Assembly: GCA_035327565.1 (NCBI GenBank)
Contig: DAOLDB010000002.1
Coordinates: 5,661 to 69,660 of the forward strand
Direction of reading: 5' to 3'
Length of the DNA stretch: 64,000 nt
Source: Saprospiraceae bacterium
GTDB taxonomy: Bacteria; Bacteroidota; Bacteroidia; Chitinophagales; Saprospiraceae
The translations under genes and the position numbers were made by a program. A model generated the notes under the pieces. That model was given only the letters and a program-made list of their open reading frames with translations, was not told where the DNA came from and did not search any database. Position 1 is the first letter of the stretch. The number at the start of each line of letters is the position of its first letter. Below are positions 19,098-29,547 of the stretch, in pieces.

Positions 19098-22000
19098 ATG
19101 ATGATGAATGGAGGACTTTATGTCCCGCAGATGGAAAAGTCTTCGTGCGGGATTGGTATGATCGCACATTTGGCTGGTGTAAAAAGTCACCAATTGGTTG
19201 CTGATGCTTTGACCATTCTGGAAAATATGGTACACCGGGGAGCATGCGGTTATGAAGAAAATTCCGGAGACGGAGCGGGAATTCTTACACAAATCCCCCA
19301 TGAATTGTTTTTCAATGAATTGTCAAGTAGTAACATTGATCTAGGCCAGGAAGGCACCTATGGAATAGGGTTCCTTTTTCTGCCCAAAAATGAAACAGAT
19401 AAAAAAGCATGTAAGGAGATTATCTCCTCTACTGCAGAAGAATATGGCTTTAATGTGATTATTTACAGATGTGTCCCAACGGACCATTCTGAGCTGGGGC
19501 TTTCTGCGCGTCAGGTTGAACCTGACATGGAACAGGTTTTTTTGAAGTCTAAAGAGCATTTCATTCAACCGGTTTCAGACAGAAAGCTTTACCTGCTCAG
19601 AAATGTTATCTCGAACAGGGTTTACACTTCCTTTCCACATTTAAGGGATGATTTTTATATCTGCTCATTATCGTCCAAGACCATTGTATATAAAGGGCAG
19701 CTTACTGCTCTGCAATTGAGGAACTACTATCCTGACTTGAGCAATGAGGAATATAGATCCTCAGTGGCGCTTATTCATTCCAGGTTTTCGACCAATACGA
19801 TACCAAAATGGAAACTGGCTCAACCTTTCAGAATGATTGCGCATAATGGTGAAATCAATACAATCCGCTCCAACACCAATAATTGGCGTGCCAGAGAAAA
19901 AACAATCTATTCCAATGTTTTTGGTGAAGAAGAATTAAAGTCAATCACTCCAATTTGTGATCCCCATCTGTCAGACAGCGGAAATTTTGATAATGTATTG
20001 GAATTTCTGGTAATGAATGGAAGATCCATTCCGCATAGTATTATGATGATGATTCCGGAGGCATGGCATGAAGATCCTCTTGCTTCTGAAGAGAAGAAAA
20101 TGTTTTACCGTTTTCACGAAATGATCATGGAGCCCTGGGATGGTCCGGCTTCCATTTGCTTTACGGATGGACAGATCATAGGAGCTACCTTAGACAGAAA
20201 TGGACTGAGACCTTCAAGATATTGTTTAACATCCGATGGATTATTGATATTAGCCTCTGAAAGCGGAGTTTTTCCCATTCCTCCGGAAAAAGTAGTTAAA
20301 AAAGGACGATTACAACCGGGAAAAATATTGCTAGCGAATCTGGGTGAAGGTCATATCATAATGGATGATTTAGTAAAAGATCAGGTTATTAGTCAGGAAT
20401 CCTATAGAAACTGGATTGAGAAAAATACATTACATTTGGATGATACCTTAAACCATGATTTAAACAGTAATGGTCAGAAGACCGGAAAAGAAGTAAAGTT
20501 AGATTATAAATTAGCATTTGGGTTTTCACGTGAGGATGAGGAAATCATTTTGCAATCAATGGGAAAGTATGGGGAAGAACCGGTTGGATCAATGGGTGCA
20601 GATATTCCTTTGCCAATTTTATCCACCACTGCCCAGCATGTTTCCAACTATTTTAAACAGGAATTTGCACAGGTTACCAATCCTCCTATCGATCCCTTAC
20701 GCGAAAGAGTGTATATGTCATTGCACACATTTCTTGGACCTGCCATTAAATTGCATCGGAGTATAGAAAGCCGTGGAATCCGCTTGCTTATGGCTTCACC
20801 GGTATTATCAAAATCACAATTTACATCCTTAATTAATCATACTTCTGCAGTCCTTGATTTTTCAGTTTTGGAAAGTGTTTTTCCTTGCAATGAAGACAAT
20901 GGAATTTTAGAACAAAGCATTGATCTTTTGTGCATTAAAGCATTGAAAAGCATTGAAAGCAATCGCAGACTCCTGATACTTGATAATACACAAATCGATG
21001 AAAAGAAAGTAGCCATTCCATCACTTATCGCTTGTGGAGCATTGCATCAATTTTTGATCAATGAAGGCAAAAGAAAGGAGGTATCTATTGTCGTAAAAGG
21101 AGCTGATGTGTGGGAAACTCACCATTTTGCCACCTTATTATCTTTTGGAGCCGATGCCATTTACCCTGAAATGGCATTGAATATAATTTCCGGTATTTCT
21201 GAAGATAATTCTTCCGTGAATCCTGAAAAGAAGTACATAAAAGCGGTAGAAAAGGGATTACTGAAGGTCATGTCTAAACTAGGAATTTCTACTATGGCTT
21301 CATATAAAGGATCTCAAACTTTCGAAGCATTAGGTATTCACCCTGATGTAATGAAGAAATGCTTTACCTATACGGTGAGCCGCATAGGGGGAATGACTTT
21401 TGATATGTTAGCCCGGGAGCAATGGGTCAAGCATCGTGCCGCTTTTTTTGCTCACGTTGAAAATCTTCCCGATTTAGGTGTATATCAATGGAAAGTAAAT
21501 GGTGAATATCATCTGTTTAACCCAAAATCAATACACCTGTTGCAATACTCTACCGCCTGCAATGACTATAAAATGTTCAGACAATATTCCACAGCCATTG
21601 ACGAGCAGGAAAAAAAGGCATGCACATTGCGATCTTTTTTTACTTATAAAAAGGATATCAATCCCATACCTTTAAGTGAAGTAGAGCCGGCTGAAAATAT
21701 TTTGAAGAGATTTGCTACAGGAGCAATGTCTTTTGGCTCTATCAGCTATGAAGCCCACACTACTTTGGCTATAGCAATGAATAGAATTGGTGGGAAATCC
21801 AACAGTGGTGAAGGGGGGGAAGATGAAATCAGATATCAACCGGATGCTAATGGAGAAAATTTATCATCAGCAATCAAGCAAGTCGCATCGGGTCGTTTCG
21901 GAGTTACCATCCAGTATCTGGCCCAAGCACGTGAGATACAAATTAAAATGGCACAAGGTGCAAAACCAGGGGAGGGTGGTCAATTACCCGGGCATAAAGT

Positions 22001-23612
22001 TGACGATTGGATTGGCAGGGTCAGGCATAGCACTCCTGGTGTGGGATTGATTTCCCCACCCCCCCATCATGACATTTATTCTATTGAAGATCTGGCTCAA
22101 TTGATTTTTGACCTGAAAAATGCCAATCCCAATGCACGCATTAGTGTTAAACTGGTATCTAAAGCAGGGGTAGGTATCATCGCTTCTGGTGTAGCAAAAG
22201 CTCATGCTGACCACATTCTGATCTCTGGTGCTGATGGAGGTACCGGCGCTTCTCCCTTGAGCAGTATACGACATGCGGGATTGCCCCTGGAATTGGGATT
22301 GGCAGAAACCCACCAAACACTCGTAAAAAATAATCTGAGAAACCGTGTGACTCTTCAGGCAGATGGCCAGATCCGCACAGGACGGGATTTGGCCATAGCC
22401 ACCATGTTGGGTGCTGAAGAATGGGGAATTGCAACTGCAGCTCTCGTGGTTGAAGGTTGTATTCTAATGAGAAAATGTCATCTCAATACTTGTCCGGTGG
22501 GGATTGCAACTCAGGATACAGATTTAAGAAAAAAATTTTCCGGTAAGGCGGAAAACCTGGTTAACTTTTTCCACTTTCTTGCACATGAACTCCGCGAAAT
22601 AATGGCATCTCTGGGTATCCGAACTGTTAATGAATTGGTAGGGCGTTCAGATTTATTACAGATAAGGAAAGATTTAAATCATTGGAAATGGAGAAGTGTT
22701 GATTTACAGAAAGTTTTGTACAGAGAGAAAAATCCGCTGGAAATAAGTGAATATAAGTCCATTGATCAGGAACATGGTCTAAATAGAGTATTGGATAAGG
22801 AACTTATCAGGTATGCTGGACTTGCTCTACAGGACAAAATCAGTATCAATAGTGTATTTTCAATCAGAAGTACAGATCGCGCTGTAGGAACTATGCTTTC
22901 TCATGAAATTGTAAAAAGATATGGTAAGGAAGGTTTGGAGCCTGATTCTATATCTTTCCGTTTCAGAGGGTCTGCCGGCCAGAGTTTCGGAGCTTTTGCA
23001 ATTCGTGGATTGAAACTGATTCTCGAAGGGGATGCAAATGATTATCTGGGTAAAGGTTTGAGTGGTGCAAAAATGGTCATTGTCCCAGATCGCAATGCAA
23101 CTTTAGATCCTTCAGAGAATATTATCATTGGAAATGTAGCATTCTATGGAGCCACTTCAGGGGAAGCATATGTCAGGGGTATGGCTGGCGATAGGTTTTG
23201 CGTACGCAATAGTGGCGCTCATGTGGTGGTGGAAGGTATTGGTGATAATGGATGCGAGTATATGACGGGAGGTAGCGTAGTAATCCTTGGTAGAGTGGGG
23301 CGAAATTTTTCTGCGGGAATGAGTGGTGGTGTGGCTTTTATTTATGATCCAGACCCAGCTTTTTATGCATTGTGCAACCGGGATATGGTCGTTTTAGAAA
23401 ATCCGAGTCGGAGTGATATGGAGTCAATTCGAAGCAGAATTCGCAATCACTTTCAATATACCGGTAGTGTTTCTGCGCTGGAAATTCTAGGCGATTGGGA
23501 AACCAAAATGAAATTATTCCTGAAAGTTATTCCGACAGATTACAAGAAGATTCTGGAGAGAATCCATGAAAAGCCAGGTGAGATTTTAGAAAAATTAAAG
23601 GTAAATTCATAA
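19098..23612 (+). CDS. gltB: Glutamate synthase large subunit
   Basis: 1504 aa. Ntn-amidotransferase start ...SSCGIGMIAHL, FMN/Fe-S region (CHLNTCPVGIATQD) and C-terminal GXGDH-type beta-helix domain (VVEGIGDNGCEYMTGG). The exact start among the three leading ATGs is uncertain. Confidence 0.95.
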   Translation: MMMNGGLYVPQMEKSSCGIGMIAHLAGVKSHQLVADALTILENMVHRGACGYEENSGDGAGILTQIPHELFFNELSSSNIDLGQEGTYGIGFLFLPKNETDKKACKEIISSTAEEYGFNVIIYRCVPTDHSELGLSARQVEPDMEQVFLKSKEHFIQPVSDRKLYLLRNVISNRVYTSFPHLRDDFYICSLSSKTIVYKGQLTALQLRNYYPDLSNEEYRSSVALIHSRFSTNTIPKWKLAQPFRMIAHNGEINTIRSNTNNWRAREKTIYSNVFGEEELKSITPICDPHLSDSGNFDNVLEFLVMNGRSIPHSIMMMIPEAWHEDPLASEEKKMFYRFHEMIMEPWDGPASICFTDGQIIGATLDRNGLRPSRYCLTSDGLLILASESGVFPIPPEKVVKKGRLQPGKILLANLGEGHIIMDDLVKDQVISQESYRNWIEKNTLHLDDTLNHDLNSNGQKTGKEVKLDYKLAFGFSREDEEIILQSMGKYGEEPVGSMGADIPLPILSTTAQHVSNYFKQEFAQVTNPPIDPLRERVYMSLHTFLGPAIKLHRSIESRGIRLLMASPVLSKSQFTSLINHTSAVLDFSVLESVFPCNEDNGILEQSIDLLCIKALKSIESNRRLLILDNTQIDEKKVAIPSLIACGALHQFLINEGKRKEVSIVVKGADVWETHHFATLLSFGADAIYPEMALNIISGISEDNSSVNPEKKYIKAVEKGLLKVMSKLGISTMASYKGSQTFEALGIHPDVMKKCFTYTVSRIGGMTFDMLAREQWVKHRAAFFAHVENLPDLGVYQWKVNGEYHLFNPKSIHLLQYSTACNDYKMFRQYSTAIDEQEKKACTLRSFFTYKKDINPIPLSEVEPAENILKRFATGAMSFGSISYEAHTTLAIAMNRIGGKSNSGEGGEDEIRYQPDANGENLSSAIKQVASGRFGVTIQYLAQAREIQIKMAQGAKPGEGGQLPGHKVDDWIGRVRHSTPGVGLISPPPHHDIYSIEDLAQLIFDLKNANPNARISVKLVSKAGVGIIASGVAKAHADHILISGADGGTGASPLSSIRHAGLPLELGLAETHQTLVKNNLRNRVTLQADGQIRTGRDLAIATMLGAEEWGIATAALVVEGCILMRKCHLNTCPVGIATQDTDLRKKFSGKAENLVNFFHFLAHELREIMASLGIRTVNELVGRSDLLQIRKDLNHWKWRSVDLQKVLYREKNPLEISEYKSIDQEHGLNRVLDKELIRYAGLALQDKISINSVFSIRSTDRAVGTMLSHEIVKRYGKEGLEPDSISFRFRGSAGQSFGAFAIRGLKLILEGDANDYLGKGLSGAKMVIVPDRNATLDPSENIIIGNVAFYGATSGEAYVRGMAGDRFCVRNSGAHVVVEGIGDNGCEYMTGGSVVILGRVGRNFSAGMSGGVAFIYDPDPAFYALCNRDMVVLENPSRSDMESIRSRIRNHFQYTGSVSALEILGDWETKMKLFLKVIPTDYKKILERIHEKPGEILEKLKVNS

Positions 23613-23615
23613 ATC

Positions 23616-25091
23616 ATGGGAGACATCAGGGGTTTTATAAAGTACAAACGTGAATTGCCTTCCAATCGGAAAGTGGAAGAGAGAGTACTGGACTGGAATG
23701 AAATTCCTGAAAATCATCCTGAAGATGCTGTGTTTAAACAATCTGCGCGATGTATGGATTGTGGAGTACCTTTCTGCCATTCTGGATGTCCTTTAGGTAA
23801 TCTCATACCACAATTCAATGAAGCAGTATTCAATGACCAATGGTATACAGCATATCAAATATTGAGCAGTACAAACAATTTTCCTGAATTTACCGGAAGA
23901 ATTTGCCCAGCACCCTGTGAAGGTTCATGTGTATTAGGCATTAATCAAGATCCGGTTACAATAGAATGGATTGAAAAGAAGATTGCAGAAAAAGCTTTTG
24001 AGTCTGGATGGATCCGACCCATACAAACAGAGCGAAATGGCAAAAAGGTAGCTATTATTGGATCAGGACCTGCCGGTCTGGCTGCAGCGGATGAATTGAA
24101 TAAATCGGGGTACCAAGTTTCGGTGTATGAGCGAAATGATCGTCCCGGCGGATTGTTAAGATATGGAATTCCTGATTTCAAATTAAGAAAATCAATAGTG
24201 GAACGACGAATTCAAATCATGGAAGAATCAGGTATTATATTCCATACCCGGGCATATGTGGGGGTCAATGTAGATGCCACTGATCTATTGAATGAAAATG
24301 ATGCACTATTATTGGCAGGAGGGAGCACAGTTGCTCGAGATATGAATGTTGAAGGCAGAGAAGGAGAAGGAATATATTTTGCCATGGAATTTTTAGAGGA
24401 GAACAACAGATGGGTTGCCGGTGATCCTATTGAGAGAAAAATATTGATAGCTAATAAAAAAGTAGTCGTCATCGGTGGCGGAGATACCGGTTCTGATTGT
24501 ATTGGAACTTCCAACCGTTTAGGTGCTGCTGATGTGGTTCAGTTGGAAATTATGCCTCAACCTTCTATTGACAGAAGAGAGGACAATCCCTGGCCTCAAT
24601 GGCCATTAATATTGAGAACGTCCACTTCTCATGAAGAAGGATGTCAAAGAGAATGGAATGTTGTTACCAGACGATTTATCAGAGATATGCAGGGTAAGTT
24701 AAGAGGAATAGAAGTGGCAGAGGTTCAGTGGAATTATGATGTTCATACGGGAAGATCAAAATTTGTGGAAGTTGAAGGTACAATCCGAATTCTGGAATGC
24801 GACATAGTTTTTCTTGCTATAGGTTTTCTTCATACGGAGCATGGTAAAATTCTTTCAGATCTGGGTGTGGAATGGGATCAAGCTGGAAATATCAGGACTA
24901 ATCATTTTGTTACATCCAATCCTAAGGTTTTTGCTGCAGGAGATGCGCGTCGTGGTCAGTCTTTGGTAGTTTGGGCCATTCGGGAAGGAAGAGAGGCTGC
25001 CTATACAATGGATAGGTTTATAAGTAATGATTTAAAAAATGGAATGACCGGGAAATCAACGCTTCAGGGAGACAATATATTCAGCGTTTAA
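23616..25091 (+). CDS. gltD: Glutamate synthase small subunit (NADPH-dependent)
   Basis: 491 aa. Cys clusters (CMDCGVPFCHSGCPLGN ... CPAPCEGSC) and Rossmann motifs (VAIIGSGPAGLAAA, VVVIGGGDTGSDC). Starts 4 nt after gltB. Confidence 0.93.
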   Translation: MGDIRGFIKYKRELPSNRKVEERVLDWNEIPENHPEDAVFKQSARCMDCGVPFCHSGCPLGNLIPQFNEAVFNDQWYTAYQILSSTNNFPEFTGRICPAPCEGSCVLGINQDPVTIEWIEKKIAEKAFESGWIRPIQTERNGKKVAIIGSGPAGLAAADELNKSGYQVSVYERNDRPGGLLRYGIPDFKLRKSIVERRIQIMEESGIIFHTRAYVGVNVDATDLLNENDALLLAGGSTVARDMNVEGREGEGIYFAMEFLEENNRWVAGDPIERKILIANKKVVVIGGGDTGSDCIGTSNRLGAADVVQLEIMPQPSIDRREDNPWPQWPLILRTSTSHEEGCQREWNVVTRRFIRDMQGKLRGIEVAEVQWNYDVHTGRSKFVEVEGTIRILECDIVFLAIGFLHTEHGKILSDLGVEWDQAGNIRTNHFVTSNPKVFAAGDARRGQSLVVWAIREGREAAYTMDRFISNDLKNGMTGKSTLQGDNIFSV

Positions 25092-25094
25092 TGT

Positions 25095-25124
25095 AAAAGC
25101 ATTTGCCCGGAGGCAAATGCTTTT
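25095..25124 (+). terminator. Rho-independent terminator of the gltBD unit
   Basis: Perfect 13-bp stem AAAAGCATTTGCC-CGGA-GGCAAATGCTTTT whose 3' arm ends in TTTT (no T-run follows it; next bases ATTGA), 4 nt after the gltD stop. Confidence 0.8.
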
Positions 25125-25185
25125 ATTGATGGCTTTAATGTTTATTGTGAATCGTGAAAGTTTTTCAAACCAATCATGGTATCTA

Positions 25186-28100
25186 TCACGGTTTGAGTAC
25201 AATGATATCTAAATTTTTTGACTTAATCAAATGATTTAATTCTGGAACCATTTCTTCTTTCACTTTTTTAAAGACTTCAAGTTCTTTGTTAATTTTTAAG
25301 GTCATTTCATTTTTCACTTCTATTGCCGCTGCGGTGGGAGGAAAATCTCCGGTTCTCATCTGTGTCAATGAATTAAGCCCAGCCAACTTATTGGTCAGTT
25401 TGATAGGGTAATTCAACGGATCCTGATTGCTTCTGTTTTTGGTTTGATATAGTGACTCTTCTACTGTTGTCATCAAACTATCCATTTTTGCTGTAAATTG
25501 ATTGATTTCACTGTCTTTTATTCTTTCATTAAAAGATTTGATTTGATTTCGAAGCGAGCGAATATCTATTATGGCCTGGTGTGCTTCACTTACTTTATCA
25601 TTGACACTTTTGATAAAATCAAATTGGGCTCTGATCTCTTCAGGCGTAGATTCGGAGTTAGGATTTTGCAGAATTTTAAAATCCTGACTCCATCGGTTTT
25701 GATTGCGTTTTAATGAAACGGAATACGTCCCTGGCACTGCTTTGGGGCCTGCCATAGAACCTGCCCAAAGAATCATGCCATCGAATCGGGTGGCATCCGG
25801 ATAAGACATGTTCCAGACAAACATATTTGATCCTTCTTTCAATTCAAGTTTTTCATTCCGCTCTTTGGCATGTGTAGAATATGACCTGATGACATCCCCA
25901 TTGTCATCATGATAAGAAAGTGTAATGGTGTCGGCTTTTTCATCGTAATTTTTCAGATAGAAATAAGTCATTACCCCACCCGGATGATTTAATCCTGCCC
26001 CTTTTACATTTTTATTTTGAGCGCCGGCCATTCTGTAGGAGTCCATGGGTTTAAACAGGTATGTATTCACATTCCTGATCTCATCACTGATTTGATGGAG
26101 TAATGTGAGATCATCGATGAGCCAAATACTTCTTCCCTGCGTGGCAGCAATAAGATTATTATCTTTAATGGTTAAGTCCGTAATCGGAACAATGGGAAGG
26201 TTCATCTGCAATGGATACCACTGTTGTCCGCCATTGTAAGAAATATACATACCATTTTCTGTTCCTGCGTACAATAAGTTTTTTTTCACAGGATCTTCCC
26301 TGACTACTCTTGTAAAATGTTCATCAGCAATCCCGTTCACAATACGAGTCCAGGTTTTACCGAGATCGGTAGTTTTGTATATGTATGGTTTGAAGTCACC
26401 ATGTTTGTACATGGTTGCAGCGATGTAGCATGTATTGGCATCATGGGGTGAGGGTTCCAGAGAATTGATCATTATCCACTCCGGCATGTTTTTAGGCGTT
26501 ACATTGCTCCAGGCATTGCCTCCATCCGATGTAACATGCACGAGTCCGTCATCACTACCTGCCCAGATTAGACCTTCTTTCAGCGGTGATTCATCTGCTG
26601 CAAAAATGGTACAGTAATACTCAACACTGGTATTATCTTTGGTGACCGGACCTCCGGAGGGTCCCATTTTCGACTTGTCATTTCTGGTCAGATCAGGACT
26701 TATTAGGGTCCATGTATGTCCTTCATCTGTAGAAACATGCACATGGTTGGAGGTCGTAAATAATTTATTAGGATCATGCCTGGAAAAGAAGATAGGAAAA
26801 TTCCACTGAAACCGGTACTTCATACCTTCGGCACCATATCCCATGGGATTATCCGGCCACACATTGATGGCGCGAACGGTTCCGCGTGAATGGTTTACTC
26901 TTGTCAGAAAACCACCATAACTTCCTCCATAAACAATATCCGGGTTTTTAGGATCAGGGGCAATGTGTGCGGATTCACCTCCAGCTGTGGGTTCCCAGTC
27001 ATTTTCTGTGATCGCCCATCCTTCTGATCGATGTTTGATTCGCAGGGTGGAGTTGTCTTGTTGTGCTACATAAATCCTGTAAGGAAAGTGATTGTCTGTT
27101 GTCACTCTGTAAAATTGAGCAGTAGCTTGGTTGTGATATGTTGACCAGTTTTCACCTCCGTCAAAGCTGACCTGAGCCCCACCATCATCCCCGATAATCA
27201 TCCGTTTAGGATCTTCAGGGGCAATCCATAAATCATGGTGATCTCCATGGGGTGCATTATAGGACTTGAATGTCTTTCCACCATTCGTCGATTTGTGGTA
27301 AGAAACGTTGAGAACATAAACCACTTCTTTGTCTTTAGTATCTGCATAAATCCGGGTATAATACCAGGCTCTTTGTCTGAGTGCCCTGTCATCATTATGT
27401 TTTGTCCAGGTTTCTCCTCCATCATCTGACCGGAAAACTCCACCATTTTCATTTTCTATGATTGCCCAGACTCTTTCACTATCAGCATATGAAACGGCTA
27501 CACCCGATATACCCCAAACCCCTTTAGGAAGCCCCTTATTTCCTGTGATCTCTTTCCAGCTTTCACCTCCGTCTGTACTCTTGAAAATTCCGGATCCAGG
27601 ACCACCACTGGACAGGTTGTAGGGATTTCTGCGAACATTCCAGGAGGTAGCATACATGATCCGGTGATTGTTAGGATCCAGACATAGATCCACCACGCCT
27701 ACATCTTCATTGATGAACAAAGTCTTTTTCCAGGTTTTGCCTCCATCGACAGTCTTAAAAACACCTCTTTCCTGGTTGGCTTTATATAAATTACCCATTG
27801 ATGCTACCCACACTATGTCCGGATTGTTGGGATGAATTCTTACACGGCCAATATGCCTGGAATCAGCCAGTCCTGCAAAGATCCACGTCTTGCCGGCATC
27901 CACACTCTTCCACACTCCGTTGCCGGAGGAAACATTTCCTCTTACGGTTTTTTCTCCTGTTCCTACATAAATCACATTAGGATCCGACTCAGAAACGGCA
28001 AGGTGACCAATGGTTCCCCCAAAATATCCGTCTGAAATATTTTCGTATGAATTTCCACCATCAGTGGTTCTCCAAACACCACCCCCGGTCGCCCCAAAAT

Positions 28101-28287
28101 AATATAAAAGAGGATTATTGGGAACCCCCGCAACTGCACAGGAGCGACCACCGCGGAAAGGACCAATGTGACGCCATTCCAAAGCTTTGTAATAGGATGC
28201 CATTGGGTCTTCAGAAATTTTGATGTTTTGAGAAGTCAACGGGATGAATAGCAGCATAAAAAAGAAAAAAGTTAAGTACTTTACCAT
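25186..28287 (-). CDS. Secreted BNR/Asp-box beta-propeller protein (VPS10/sortilin-like; often annotated as a glycosyl hydrolase BNR-repeat protein)
   Basis: 1033 aa with signal peptide (FFFMLLFIPLTSQ). Repeated Asp-box-like motifs (TTDGGNSY, SVDAGKTW, TVDGGKTW, STDGGESW, SDDGGETW, STNGGKTF, SFDGGENW, STDEGHTW, TSDGGNAW, TTDLGKTW, SYNGGQQW). Confidence 0.7.
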   Translation of the reverse strand: MVKYLTFFFFMLLFIPLTSQNIKISEDPMASYYKALEWRHIGPFRGGRSCAVAGVPNNPLLYYFGATGGGVWRTTDGGNSYENISDGYFGGTIGHLAVSESDPNVIYVGTGEKTVRGNVSSGNGVWKSVDAGKTWIFAGLADSRHIGRVRIHPNNPDIVWVASMGNLYKANQERGVFKTVDGGKTWKKTLFINEDVGVVDLCLDPNNHRIMYATSWNVRRNPYNLSSGGPGSGIFKSTDGGESWKEITGNKGLPKGVWGISGVAVSYADSERVWAIIENENGGVFRSDDGGETWTKHNDDRALRQRAWYYTRIYADTKDKEVVYVLNVSYHKSTNGGKTFKSYNAPHGDHHDLWIAPEDPKRMIIGDDGGAQVSFDGGENWSTYHNQATAQFYRVTTDNHFPYRIYVAQQDNSTLRIKHRSEGWAITENDWEPTAGGESAHIAPDPKNPDIVYGGSYGGFLTRVNHSRGTVRAINVWPDNPMGYGAEGMKYRFQWNFPIFFSRHDPNKLFTTSNHVHVSTDEGHTWTLISPDLTRNDKSKMGPSGGPVTKDNTSVEYYCTIFAADESPLKEGLIWAGSDDGLVHVTSDGGNAWSNVTPKNMPEWIMINSLEPSPHDANTCYIAATMYKHGDFKPYIYKTTDLGKTWTRIVNGIADEHFTRVVREDPVKKNLLYAGTENGMYISYNGGQQWYPLQMNLPIVPITDLTIKDNNLIAATQGRSIWLIDDLTLLHQISDEIRNVNTYLFKPMDSYRMAGAQNKNVKGAGLNHPGGVMTYFYLKNYDEKADTITLSYHDDNGDVIRSYSTHAKERNEKLELKEGSNMFVWNMSYPDATRFDGMILWAGSMAGPKAVPGTYSVSLKRNQNRWSQDFKILQNPNSESTPEEIRAQFDFIKSVNDKVSEAHQAIIDIRSLRNQIKSFNERIKDSEINQFTAKMDSLMTTVEESLYQTKNRSNQDPLNYPIKLTNKLAGLNSLTQMRTGDFPPTAAAIEVKNEMTLKINKELEVFKKVKEEMVPELNHLIKSKNLDIIVLKP

Positions 28288-28558
28288 AGTCTGATTAATA
28301 ATTTATGATTTAGGTAATTCAATTTTACATTTTATACATTCAGGTTTTGAATGTTATCTGAATACACTTAAAAGTGTATACAAATGATATTGTGGTAATG
28401 TCTGTGGATTATGTCAGCAATATATTGCTTTCTAAATTTTTATAGATTAAAAGAAGGTGATAATTTCAAAAATAAGTTAAAATTATTATAGTGGAAACCC
28501 AATCTGTCTGATGGATTAAAAACAGAATAAACCATTTCCAAAGAGTACCAGCAAATTG

Positions 28559-29353
28559 TCAAACAGATACAGTCGCCTTTATGTGTGGATGGGGATGGTA
28601 ATGTAATAAAGTAAAATCATCAAAATGAAAATCAAATATGGACTTTACATTGGGATTGATTTGCATTTGAGGCAAAGGTCTGATGTCTCTTTCCAATTGC
28701 AGATATGCCTGCTCCACATGATTAGAATATAAATGCACATCCCCGAATGAATGAATAAATTCTCCGGGTTCTAATCCACACACCTGAGCCATCATCAAAG
28801 TGAGCAAAGAATAAGAAGCTATATTGAATGGTACTCCCAGAAATACATCTGCCGATCGTTGATATAAAAGACATGAAAGTCGTCCATTTTCTATATAAAA
28901 CTGAAACAAGCAATGGCAAGGGGTTAATGCCATTTCTTCCAGTTCTCCGGTATTCCAGGCATTGACTATGATCCGTCTTGAATCCGGATTGTTTTTAACC
29001 AATTCTACAGCTTTGCTAATCTGGTCGATGGTTGTACCATCAGGTTTTGTCCAGCTTCTCCATTGCTTGCCATACACGGGCCCAAGATTGCCTTTATCGT
29101 CAGCCCAATCATTCCAGATTCTTACACCATGTTGATTAAGATATCCAATATTTGTATCACCTTTCAAAAACCACAACAATTCATAGATGATAGATTTGAG
29201 ATGCAATTTTTTTGTGGTCAATAAAGGAAAACCATGGCTCAGATCAAAACGCATCATATAACCAAAACAACTGATAGTACCTGTTCCGGTTCGGTCAGAT
29301 TTTTGTACCCCGTTTTCTAATATATGCCTAAGCAATGTATGGTATTGTTTCAT
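28559..29353 (-). CDS. thyA: Thymidylate synthase
   Basis: 264 aa. MKQY..LL..IL..G..K.DRTGTGT start and active-site region [12 protein letters not shown]. Confidence 0.95.
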   Translation of the reverse strand: MKQYHTLLRHILENGVQKSDRTGTGTISCFGYMMRFDLSHGFPLLTTKKLHLKSIIYELLWFLKGDTNIGYLNQHGVRIWNDWADDKGNLGPVYGKQWRSWTKPDGTTIDQISKAVELVKNNPDSRRIIVNAWNTGELEEMALTPCHCLFQFYIENGRLSCLLYQRSADVFLGVPFNIASYSLLTLMMAQVCGLEPGEFIHSFGDVHLYSNHVEQAYLQLERDIRPLPQMQINPNVKSIFDFHFDDFTLLHYHPHPHIKATVSV

Positions 29354-29547
29354 GATATGTGTGTGTTATGTGTTGAATGAGCAACATGAATAATAACTGT
29401 GTTATTTGAACAACAAGATACAAATATGTAAATAATCCTGTATATGAAGTCAGGATTTTTCATGGATATGCCGATGGGTGAACAAAGTATTTGATTATGA
29501 TTTTATATATTGTCATTGCATTGATTTAAGAAAAAGATAAATGAAGT

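Noticed and set aside
29434-29460. A hairpin AATCCTG-N10-CAGGATT followed by TTTT, which looks like a terminator.
   Set aside because: It lies between divergently transcribed genes (thyA and the UbiD-family gene), where no transcript needs terminating. The stem is only 7 bp and AT-rich, so there is not enough support for a terminator or attenuator call.
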